Below are positions 1-11,785 of a stretch of DNA of 64,000 bases, piece after piece (the stretch's first letter is position 1; each line of letters opens with the position of its first letter). The notes beneath the pieces are model-generated. The model did not search any database, was not told the DNA's origin, and was given only the letters and a program-made list of their open reading frames with translations. The DNA lies in NCBI GenBank assembly GCA_973895155.1, contig OZ316896.1:1426001-1490000 (forward strand), written 5' to 3'. This DNA comes from Marsupella aquatica. Lineage: Eukaryota; Plantae; Marchantiophyta. The position numbers and the translations under genes were made by a program.

Positions 1-1580
1 TTTACCTTCTTTCAACTTGGACCTATTGGTTTGGAGCTCCTGTTGGCTGGAAACAGCTAGATTCATCGACATATCGAAACCAAATCCAGTGCAAAGACTC
101 AAGACTACAGGGCTCGCAGATAAATGACCCCAATGTCTTACCTTCGCTCGAGTCGTTGGTGAGTAGAGTGACACGAGATGACAAGGTCGTGATCCTTGCT
201 GTGGTGGGAAATAGCTACCGAGATATGCTCATGAGCTGGGTTTGCCGGCTGAAACATCTAAACGTTTCGAACTACTTGGTTTCAGCACTTGATGACGATT
301 TATTCCATTTTGCTTCACAGCAGGTAATTTCTTGATAATTGCACACTGATCGTAGATGTGACAGGGCTGCTACATTTTTTTGCCTTTCCAATATATTATT
401 TGAACGCCGTCTGGATTTCTGGCTCCTTTCGGCTTCGTAAATAACGGGCTACATTAAGAAAGTGCTTTGGCTCATTTGAGAATAGCTATTTTGCAGGGTC
501 TGCCAGTGTTCAAGATTTCTGCGGATATGAATGTCAGCCGCAATGGCTGTCACTTTGGCTCAGACTGTTTCAAGAGAGTAACCAAAATGAAATCTCGGAC
601 GGTCCTTCAAATATTGAAGTTAGGCTTTCATGTACTCTTCAGTGATGTTGATGTCTACTGGTTTGAAGACCCCTCAAAGGAACTCATGTCATTTGGCCCT
701 GGGCACCTTACTGCACAAACGGATCAGTGGAATGAAACTGGTAAGTTGTGTCAGAATATTGCTTAAGAATGTGTGGATGTTTATGGTTGTCGTCATTACA
801 GACTACGGTTGCTAATAGGAGAACGCTTTGTTCAAGAAGAAAGCAGTCGAAAACTAGATGAAAGTTTCTCGGTGGAAAACTAGAGGCCCAAGCATTCCCA
901 GTAGTGATTGGCTTTATCAGTGAGTTTGGATACAGCAGAAGCATTTGTGAATTTCAAAGGTCAAAATCTAATTTCACAGGTTTTACGAAGCAGAGCTATG
1001 CTGTAGTCTATCTCTTTGACTAGAGCATATTGCAATAGATATGACTTGTTCAGTCCAGAAGTTGTTGTCTCAAACAACGTAATAGCAATGAGCTGATGGA
1101 CATGCTTTCAGCACCTCACAAGTTAACCTGGTTGTCGCTTTTGGGCTTGTAGAGGCACTCAACAAGCCACGTCACTTGAACTCGGGATTCTACTTTGTAT
1201 GGGCAGACAACCGCAGTGTGGCAGCTTTTGAAAACATTATCAAGCATGGGGCTGCTTCAGATAAATCAGAACAGCCTAGTTTTTACGATGTGCTGTGTGG
1301 CGAAGGAGGAAAATATAGAGTTGGAATTGACACCTGTCTGGAACCAATGTTGAATATGACAGTCCATTTTTTAGATCCGGTGAAGTACCCAAACGGTGCT
1401 TTCAGGACATTGTGGGAACAAAAGGATGTGAGGAGTACTTGTAAAACACAGGGTTGCAAAATCTTGCACAACAACTGGGTACCCGGAAGGCAGAACAAAT
1501 TAAATCGCCAAATGGCTTCAGGTCTTTGGGACTATGATGCTGCCTCACGTATGTGTCTCACAAAGATAGAGGCCCGATAA
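1..1580 (+). CDS. RAY1: Beta-arabinofuranosyltransferase RAY1-like (GT77, nucleotide-diphospho-sugar transferase), 5'-truncated by the window; exons <1-323, 497-740, 1153-1580
   Basis: Joined exons read in frame across GT-AG introns (CAG|GTAATT 323/324, TTGCAG|GGT 496/497, CTG|GTAAGT 740/741, TGTAG|AGG 1152/1153). The protein has GNSYRDMLMSWVCRL, CHFGSDCFKRVTKMKSR, the DxD motif FSDVDVYWF, PRHLNSGFYF, SEQPSFYDVLCGEGG and HNNWV, which I recognise as RAY1/GT77 motifs. Confidence 0.88.
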
Positions 1581-3810
1581 CTTAGTGCTCATCGGTGTCT
1601 GTACACCCGAAACGATTCCTCTTGATACATCATGGGAGCTTGGTGAGACTTCGACGGGAGCACGACAGTGAGTGTGAGGCGTGCGCCTAGCAAAGACATT
1701 CGATGCCGTTCAACCTGGCTCCAATCAGGTGATTCACTTACTGCCCCTAAGTACAAACTATATGGCTCACCCGAGGTTTATCAGAGGTTTTCATTATTTG
1801 AATTCACAGGCAAACAATTTGAACTTACTCACTGGCAGGTGCCTCACATCTATGTTTTACATGTCTTCTGCTCTAAGCCTCAATCATAGTAGAAAAGCCC
1901 ATTCTGTTGTAAAGTCTGTTTAAAACTCGCCAACTTTTGGAACTACTGCAGTCGAGAAAATTAGCAAAGAGGATAGGAGTAACAATGCTTTGCTGGTCAA
2001 CTTAACAAAACCAAGTGAGACTACACTCTTCATGACTGTTGACGTGACCTTGCATCCTCAGGTAATCATCAGGAACGAATTTCCCAATGACGGTGGCAGC
2101 AATTACGCCCACTAGGGCTCATCATTGCAAGGATTCCTCATTACAATTGCAAGAGTCTAGCTCCACTACTACTTCATCATAAGAATTTTATATGGAAGGG
2201 ATTACTACCATTGCAGAAATGAATACAGAGTGGGAAAGGATAGATGTGGAACTCGATAGCCGGCACTGAACGAACTGAGTTTCATAATGCTGCATTTTGT
2301 GAACAGGTGCAGTCCTCTCTTCTGCTCTGTTTCGACTTGGATGGAAGACATGAGACTTAGAGCAAATGACATTTGACCTGTGCGGTAGCAGACAGTAAAA
2401 CTTTGCGGCTGGGTATCATAAAAGGAGAACAGAGTATTAGTCTAAGTACGTGCTGCCGCAATTGGCAAAAGCGCAGAGTTCATTTTACAGGAGGTACGTT
2501 AATAAGTGCCGTGACGGTAATGGGAGTGAGTCCAAAAGGAGCAAAATGAGGTCTGTTTCGCTTGTGAACAGCAGATGACCATCCCATGTATCCTGTGTGA
2601 GCTAGGACGAACTAAACCCCACTTATGCAAGGCATCGCAATGTCCTGTGACTTGGAGGGAGGAGCAACACTACTCAATTGAGCTACTGATTAAAGGTGCA
2701 TCTAGACGTCTCATTGGTCTTGGGTTGAGGATGTGGTTCAGTTGTGTGCTGTTGTGCCCATCCTCTAGCCCCAAAGGCTGGAAAGACAACTTGGTACACG
2801 TTCAACACTAGATTGGTAAGAGTGCCCAGTCCAGCAAGGCATGGTGCTGCACCGTCCTCGTACTATACCTCCGTCTGCCATGCTAAGTGCAAAGGCACGG
2901 ATCACCTGAGTTTGATTACTAAGAAGAGTTATCCACTTCACCATCTTGTTTTGGGAGCCATAAACAAATGCTTGTTGTGGTTCACGATGTCCCTAAACAA
3001 AGAAATTGATGTCCCCGCGCAACTTACAAAAATCGCCCTGTTGGTAATCATACAACAAATGTGACTGCATAAAGAAAAAAACTAGGATTATCACTGTATG
3101 CAAGGGTGCCGTACATAGTATATGTATATTTTGATGTGCAGTTACCGAGACCCCAAAAATCATGGGAGAGCCCAGGCCCGAAACCACCACAGAACTATTC
3201 TGCGCGCTCCCCAATTCATGTAGCCTTTTCTGAATTTTTATCGTTGAATAAAAGTACTCATTCGTGGCAAAACTGCTACCGTAATGACTTAATTCGTTAC
3301 CTGATTGTGTCAATCATAGTTGCCGTTGTTCAGCATAACCCTGCCACCTAACTTGATTAGGATATCCAACAAGTGTGGACTAGGACTTTCCTCTACTGGA
3401 AAGAAACTATCTTAGGATCCATTGCACTCTCCTCAGACTGCAATCAAGGCAAATTTACAAGACGAAAAATCTCCTTCCCACTCGCACATACCTGCTCGGA
3501 TAGTGGATCAGTACAGTTATCAAATGGAATGGAGGAGAAGTGATGAGAAGAAACGGGGGCAGACTCCCTACATCGTGGAGCCCATTCGCTAGTCAGTTTG
3601 AATTGGCACGAGTTCCAACTCCGTCAGTCGTTTGTTAGCTGTTGCTACCCCGGGGGGTTGCTACGTCCTGCATAGCGGGTGGTCCCAACGTCCCAACTCC
3701 CAACATTTTCCCGTGGCATTTCAAGGGCGGTAGCTCAGTTTGTTTTGTTGTGGCCCAAGTTCCAACTCCGTCAGTCGTTTTCTGCTGGTGTTCTGGCGGA
3801 AGCTCAAAGC

Positions 3811-3950
3811 CTCAAACCCAGTGCTGTTTGTTGCCTTGAAATGAGCACTTCACTAAAACCCATTGTCCCCAATCAGAAGCTCAAACCCGGTGATGTTTGT
3901 TGCCTTGAAATGAGCACTTCACTACAAACATATTGTCCCCAATCAAGAGT
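3811..3950. repeat. ~69-bp tandem duplication (2 copies)
   Basis: CTCAAACCC.GTG.TGTTTGTTGCCTTGAAATGAGCACTTCACTA...ATTGTCCCCAATCA occurs at 3811 and 3880. A separate AGTTCCAACTCCGTCAGTCGTTT duplication lies at ~3611 and ~3758. Confidence 0.9.
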
Positions 3951-6900
3951 CAAAACAATTTGCTCAGAACTCCACTCACAAATTGACTGTGTCAACTCCA
4001 TCTAGTATTTGGGATTTTGGGGCCTTCGATTCGCAAGTACTGTACTATACAGTACGCAGATCGACGGCCACAATGCCAAGATTGTTGTCGGTCTAACAAT
4101 GCTAAGGGGCGTATTGTCACCACCGATCTGGGCTTCCAGAAACGGAAACTTGCTGCGTGGTTCTTCCTCTTGGGGAAAGACATCATTATTGGGACGAGCC
4201 GTAATATCCGCAAGTGAGTTGGAACCTTTCGAATCGGACTTTCGGATAATGTCAGGAACCGATGACTATCCGGACGCAATAATGACGACGTGATAGGCCA
4301 TGACAGGGAAAGGACAACGTCCATCAGAACGTTTTACACTCTTCATCCCTAGTGGATGTAATTAGTATTATATCTCTGTAATTATCATTAGTGTACACAC
4401 GAGGAACTGAAATGAGCGACATGCCCAAAGGCCAAAGCGTACTGTACCGGCCTTTGAATGCTCTGGTAGTCCGGTGTCCACTAGTCGAGGGTCGGGGGGA
4501 CAAAGCATGAAGGACACGGTACACCTGACCACGGTATTAGAGGAGGGTCTAAACGCTGATATGTCAGGATTGATAGGTATGGCGATGGAACACGTGACAT
4601 GGGACGTTGAGAGTTGAGACCTCTATCGCGTACTTACGTACGTGCGCTGACATCTGACCTCCTGCCAGACTGTACCGAACTACCGACCCAAAACGGAGCA
4701 AAGAGGTGGTTGCCGAGCAAGTGGTAACCGGCAACAGTACGTACGTGATTGCTGACACTTGTAACGTACTTCCGCTACCGGCACTCCCGGTTGCTCTGGC
4801 TTCGTCAGGTCAGACTAATGAGAAGCGGTTTAGGCTCGGATGCTGTGTCATGAGTGGAGAAGCTTTACACGTTGCTGGAAGTAACGTGGGTCAGATAAAA
4901 TATGTAAAGCTCGGCTCGAACGGTTACGTTATTTAAAGGATACTAAAACAAGTGTAATTTTTAAGTACTAGCCCCGATTACCTTTTCTTTGGAGGTGAAA
5001 AGAGAACACTAATTATAGAGGAGAGTAGAATAAAAGTGTCAATAAAGTACCTTTACTATTTCCATTTGAAGGTTAATAAAATGAAAAAAATCATCATGCC
5101 TGGCCCCATCATTTTATCAATCATACATATATAATATATTATTTTTTATATGGCGGGGCCCTTTAGTCATGGTCTAGAAACCATAAAAAATCTCAGCCCT
5201 AACAGACTTGAGATGACAAATTTATGGGTGAAAAGCTGTTTTGACGCAACTTGTCATGGTTACATTCCCGTAGCACAAAAAGAGCAGCATTAAAACTCAA
5301 AAAGAATACCCCAAAGAAATGAAAGTACCATCAATCCAATGTGCACATTGTCACCATTGATTGTTGACATCTGATCCCATTTGTTGATCTCATTAATTTG
5401 ACGGCTTATTTGCACAATTCTTATATTACATTATTTGCTGTTGTTATGAGCATTTTTTAATGGTTTCCGGGGGTCTACCCATTTCTTCTGGCCCCAAGTC
5501 AAACACATACATTGAGTTTTAATATTACCACAAACATACATGTTTTGTTTGCTTTTGACACCAAAATGCTGACTTGGTTGCACGTGGAGTTAAGGGAATT
5601 TGGAAAGACACTTCTTATGAGGAGTATCTGCTTTCTCTTTTATGAGGGCTCATAATAACAAATTCCATATGAGCTTAGATTGGTGGACAGAACGAAAAGT
5701 TATCAATCATCAATTATGGACTTTAGACAGCTAAGTGATGCAAAAAGAGAAGAACTCACATCAGTATTATCAAGTGGAGGGAATAGATAATAGGCCCCTG
5801 ATGAATGACATTTTGGCTTGCAAGTCAGAAATTAGAGCTTTACTGAAAACAATCTTCATGAATGAATTCCTCTGGCAAGATCTTGCATATTCAAGCAATT
5901 CTGTAAAATGCCTGTCTGAAGCCCATCTAAAAGGATTTATCAATTTAAACATAAAGAATTGACGACTTACTTATCAAGAATGGTATTCCCCAAAATCAAT
6001 GGTGTGGAAGATGCATTGGTAGGTGTGGAAGATGCTATTCATCGTGAAACCTTGGTACTTGCATGCCTTGGTGCTATCGGTCAGCTTGCTTAACTAGGCA
6101 TGACTGGTGACTCTTTCTTAGTTGACATAAGCGAGGACATAAGGTGGCACAACATGACAAAAGCAGCACGAAAAGAAAAGATTTGCATGAAAGCTAAAAG
6201 GCAACCAACACATATGAAGCACCAACACATATGAAAGTAATGAGTTTATGGAGATGTCACTCTAATGATCATTTTGATGCAAAAAACATCATTCCCTATT
6301 ATGCCCCCATGGACCTAAATGCTTGACAAAAGTCCTGAGTGGACAAATGCAACCCGCCAGACAAGAAATATACTTAGTATACCTCCTGACAATCGTTTGT
6401 CTCCAGATGGACCCTTGGATGGACCAAAACTTTAAATTCTTTCCCACCTGACCCAATCTTCACATTCTCTCCTAGTGGACCTCTGGGCCCGCTGACTCTA
6501 TACAACCACTTTCTTGTGAGGGGCTCCCCCACATAGTTCAAGCTTTTGATCGGGCTTATTATGTATTCTGAAATCATTGTGATTGGTTCCATGTAGTCAT
6601 GGTGAAGGTAATTGTGTAGTGCACAGCGCAAGAAGCTAGGATTTAAGGCCACAAGGAGCATGCGAGTGCCGTAGTTGCCTGGCCTCCCAGCTTGTGTGAG
6701 TACATTGTGGTAATTGTATTCAAAGTACAAAGGAAGGTATTTATGGCGGCATTGGAGCATGCAAGCGCTATAGCCCCTGGCCTCCTTGCTTTTGTGCATA
6801 CAAAGTGCATATAGTATATAGAGTACAAAGCAATTTGAAAATCAAATGAGGGGTTTTCGTGTGATGCCTGCTTGGTACTTCTGCTCTTGTCCCTGCTCCT

Positions 6901-7255
6901 GTTCCCTCTTCTTGTTCCTGCCCATCATAGCATGCGCATTGGAAAAACCTCATATAAGGAATGGGAACCTCATGTAAAGCGATGAGATTGTGCAAAAGTT
7001 TTGTACCACGTTTGTGTTTTGGAGGGTCAGGCTCAACTTAGAGTGAGAACGCTGTGCATGATGTATTCAATTCAGTTCATGAAAATTGTGTATCCATTTT
7101 GATTTTACACCCATAAGCCAAGTTTCCCTAAACTTATCACACCTTGCCTCTATATTTTTCTAAATATTGTGGTCAATGTATACAAAATCTACCTACAATA
7201 CACTGTTTCTTGCTAGTGCCATAAGGTAAATGGCTGTTTTGACATTGCTCTCGTA

Positions 7256-7443
7256 TGTTAGAAATTTATTCTTAGGTCTAGTAAGAGTTACAAATAATTT
7301 TATTCACAAACTTGGTTAGGTTAGTCATGTTACACACTATATGCACAAGAAGGTTGTCACTTGTGAAAGAAAATTCAGGCTCATTGTTACATAGTCATAT
7401 GTGAGATAGAAAAAACTTGTATTGCAGAAACTCGGTATGAGTA
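7256..7443 (+). mobile_element. Degenerate dispersed repeat homologous to the LTR-like element at 42123
   Basis: Shares TGTTAG..ATTTA.TCTTAGGTCTAG, GGTTAGGTTA, GGCTCATTGTTA...AGTCA and GAGATA blocks, in the same order, with 42123-42276. Confidence 0.55.
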
Positions 7444-8242
7444 TAGCCATATATTATATGTTTTCCCACTTTTTTAAATTCATTTTTTATTATCTACGGG
7501 CATGAAAGCCGGTGAGACTTATTAGATGGGAATAAGTATTATGGGATCGCAGATATGCAGCCCTTCAACTCTATTCCCAGGCCAGACTCCACTGCATGAA
7601 ATAGCCCCACGTTTGGTGGCTTTCCTTTCTGCCCCATTGACTTCTGAATATTCAGGAAGCAGTTTTTAGGTACTGTAGCTACCTCAGTGACCGAAAAATG
7701 AATCATTGTGGCCTTGTCGGATATACTGTAGCTGATCAGAATATTATAAAAAGCTTTCTTTGTCAATAATTGGACCACACTATACAAAAGTTGAAACCCG
7801 GCAGATTTAGTCACTTTGTAGGGTGCCGGAGGTGTTTAACACGGCAATCGGGAGAATTAAATAGACTCGAGCAGCCATGCCCTTTGTTCATCATCTTCTA
7901 CCATCTATCAACTGTATCATTAATATAATTTCAGAACTAATGGAGAAATTCAACCCCGATAACCCCTGATGATTCAAGTGAAAATCACTTAAGGTACAGT
8001 GCTAAACCTTGATGAGTGCTACACTGTAATGCACGGTACGAGTGGAATAGATTTAGCAATAATATCCATTTAGAAACAATTGAATCAGTTTAGCTTTAAT
8101 AGATACTCAAAGTCGTTCCAGCTGTAGAGTGGGGACCGTATAAAGAGCAAGTGAAGGCTGAAGATAAGTGGGTATGTTGTCTTCCTTCCCTAGCTTCGGT
8201 TCAACGCAATCATGACCATAGCTAGTAAACACCGACAGATCC

Positions 8243-8270
8243 GGGGGGGGGGGGGGGGGGGGGGGGGGGG
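8243..8270. repeat. Poly-G tract (28 G)
   Basis: Read directly from the sequence. Confidence 0.95.
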
Positions 8271-11200
8271 TGGTGTAGGAGCAAAACTTGGACATTTAGG
8301 CTACAATAGTTAAATAAAATGCTCCAGCTTAGCACCCATAAAACGAAGAAGTACTCCCTCTTGGAACCAATGGAAACAATCAGTTCAACACACTAAGTCC
8401 TTTATCTGATTCAGTTTAGTTTGGAGATTACATTGAGACCTTTGATAGTCAAAAATCGGGAGGCCTTTCTCTTTCTGAATTTAGGGTTGAAATCAATTGG
8501 TATTCTAAAATTACGAAAGTGTGCCCCAGTGAATGATTCGGTGCACATGCTTCCAACCACCTCACGGGTAGATGTATGCTCTTCAAAGAATGGGGACTGT
8601 GGGATATTCTATGTGGAGCATTTTGAATAAATATATTGAATTTTCCATATCCGTAGGCAAGATCCAACAGCAGGTCATGGAGTGACAAACTTAAAGGATG
8701 ACAAAGTCACTTTGGAGAGTGACTATGATTGAACGTTTGTGTAAATGGACAAGTGAACATGATTCGCGCAACAGCATAATGCAATCTCAAAATAAAGTAA
8801 ACTACAGTAATTGAATAATTGATGTATTCTCTCAAAGAGACTACAGTAGCTTGGCTGGGCCACTAACTTGGCAAACCTAGGGCTATGTCTAATACCCAGA
8901 TGACATCATCAGTGCTCAGATCTCCTGAATCTGGAGCCCCACTCACAGGGGAAAAACAAAAGCTACAGTCCTTACTGTAAAGCACCTGAGTCCCTTTTCC
9001 CCAGTGGGACGCGGCGCCATACAAACAAAGCTCAAGCTGGATTCACATCCTTCAGGACGTCACTCAACCCACTCAGTGCTACAAATCTGAGGAAGAGAAT
9101 TGTTATGAAACTTTCGGGTCGCCCATCTAGTTACTGACACCATCGAATTCAACCACCAAGGCCCACCGCTTTATTAGAAGCGTTTCCTTCACTCACTCAG
9201 CGAGTCCATGATTCGAATAAGAGTAAAATTGCAGTTGTATATACCATTTGGATCGTCCATCCACAAACTCGTCGATTTCTCCAATGCAGGCGCCGGATGT
9301 CCAAAATTATGCACGCAGATATGGGATTCGCATGTGCTGTGCGTGTATGATGAGCGAGGCGGGGCCGGCCACTGGCCGAGCAGGAGCAGAGAGCAGAGTA
9401 GCAGAGGGCCCGCCGTCGATCCAGGAGGAGGAACTGAGGAAGAGCCCCTGACATTGCAATGATCCATCGACATTGACATTGTACGTCCACTGTCTCGGAC
9501 ATCGAGAATCGGGGCCGTTAAAAGGCAGATCTAGGAGACGGAAATTATGTTTGACACTCGTGGAGAGGACATTACAGCCTTCTAACTTACGGTTGCCTCG
9601 TGTAAACTGTACTCGGGTGAGTAAATGGTTGGGTACTTTCGTACAAGCCCATTTCGAGTGCGGCGTGCAAGAGACAAAGCTCTTGGATCCCACCGGGCCT
9701 GCCAGCCAGTCAGCGGCCAGCCTAGTACTTCTACTCTAGAGCTTGTCCATAGAGAGAGATGGGAGGCGACAGAGCATCTTGACGACCTCCGCAGCTCCTC
9801 CTGCCTCAAGTCGCTTTTCCTCTTCCTCAACTCGGTGATGACTGATTTTTTCTTTGCAATCTGATGATCCTTTTCGTCCCCCCATTGCGCCGGTGGTGCG
9901 ATTTGCGAAGTGGGTGAAGTTGGCGTTTTCGTGGAGTCGCACTTTTCAACGCAATGCGTTTGCTTCACTTCACTGCAGGAGAGGAGAAGCAGGGAAGGGA
10001 AGGGGACAAAGTGCCGTTGAGTGAGTGACATTGAAGGGAGAAGGCGATCTGGAGACTATGACAGTGTGCCGTTGAGCGAATGTGACACTGGGAAATCGAT
10101 CTGGCGTTCTGGACTTTGCAGTGGAGCAAAGTAGAGCAGCGCAGAGTATCGATGGCTACGGGATGGAGATGCAGGAGAAGAAGAGCGGCAGCATCAGTAT
10201 TAGTAGGAGACGAATCAGTGCAGAGAGTGTTGTCGTTAGCAGATGCCACTGCTGCTGTGGATGGAGCCGAGATTTAGACGTAATCGGTGTTCAGGTGGTG
10301 GTCCGCAATTGAAGTCAATGCAGCCGGTTGGAGAATTGTAATATGGGATCAAGGCGGGGCGGCTCTTCGGCCCCTCGGATTCTTGGAGCTCTGGTCGCTC
10401 TATCTTTGATTTGCAGTGCAGGTATGGGTCTCGTCTCTCTTGGAGGTCGAGAGGCCTTCCAACGCAATGAGTGAATGTATTCTTTTCCCTTTTCCAATCT
10501 GCACAAGCTCTGGACAATAGTTTTCCATTCGACATCAGTATCCCATGAGCTGAGACTTTCCGCTGCCGAGGTGGTGAGTGAATGTCTGCCTTTTCATTCC
10601 AATGTGCGCAAGCTATCCAAGATGCTGTCCATCTCGACATTTGCGTTCCATGGGCCAAGACTTCCCGCTGGCCTAGACTTAACTAGGCATTCGACTCCGC
10701 TAGTGGACAATGTTTGTGACAAGCGATCCACCGGATTAGATTGTTTCTCATCATCGTGTGAGATTCTTCTCCTTGCATAATGTTGCGGTGGGCTTTGGGT
10801 TTGTGAGGAAATATGAAGAAGTGCATGCGATCTCAGTTCATAGATCCCAGCGGAGGGTGAGAGAGGCCCCTTCTAGCACAGCTCCATCCTTAAGTCAGAG
10901 CACCTGCTTTATATTAACTAGGACGGAGTGAGGTGAGGTATCTTCACGCTGTCGAGGATTCACTCTGCTTTCAGATCCAGTTTTTGTCCTTGGCGCAACA
11001 TTTGGATGAATCTACTCTAGAACATATCCCTGTTGAAGTGATTGGCCGTGCAGTCCGGCTCAGCATGCAGTGAATACATCAGCTGCAATACAACAAGACA
11101 CGAAATTTATTTCCTCCCATCTCATGCCATCAGCCGTGATGCGGCTAAGATAATCCGTGAAGAGTTGGCCAAATCCGCAGCTTTGCTGCTTACCCTGTTG

Positions 11201-11785
11201 TCCCGACCAGTTAACGAATCATGCACTTTTCCTGACCATTGGAATCATGTTTGTTAGTATGTGTGATGGTGAATTCCACTTTTTGAGCTCAGCAATCGAA
11301 TCCATTCTGTTGGGATTGGATTCCCTGTTGGAATTGTTTTCCTTCAACCGGGCGTGTTGATTCTCCGTTTCTAAGACGAGGTGAAGGTCGTTATACCCTA
11401 CGGCGTTGCTTCCGACGAGAGCCTACATCGTCGCCTTGCGCTGGCTCGTATGGAGATTGTTTGAATGCTAAGCCGAATTATCAGAATGTGAGCCTTATCC
11501 TGTCTCGAAAACAGCTTCATGTCCGCTTGAACTGCCCCTACCTCCTCGAAACTTCTTCCATCGTACTGCAGCAGTAGTGCAATGCCACCTCGGTATTGAG
11601 GCTAACTCTGTGATCCAGTTGTGAGACTTTGTCAGAGACAACCCCACTTCGTAGACCCTGAAGTGTGGAGGTCCCTGAATTGTTGGACGATTTTCCTCAA
11701 GTCGTCCGGCCGAAGGGGTGCTATCTTCCTCAGGCGCTGTCGCTCGATCCTCCTCTAGAGATGTCGAAGCTGTCTGGTTCTTTCT

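Noticed and set aside
4295-4355. miR408-like hairpin
   Set aside because: Only ACAGGGAA and TCCCT-like fragments match; pairing is poor and the mature sequence is absent.
5735-6060. Possible hAT transposase remnant (IFMNEFLWQDL...)
   Set aside because: Only a vague resemblance; no catalytic or dimerisation motif and no TIR identified.
8560-8630. Ulp1-protease-like motif KNGDCGIF
   Set aside because: A single short motif, without the upstream His/Asp catalytic context or the preceding Gln.
9690-9727. Helitron 3' end (GC-rich segment then CTAGT); similar at ~20700
   Set aside because: The hairpin is imperfect, and no 5' TC end or second copy could be identified.
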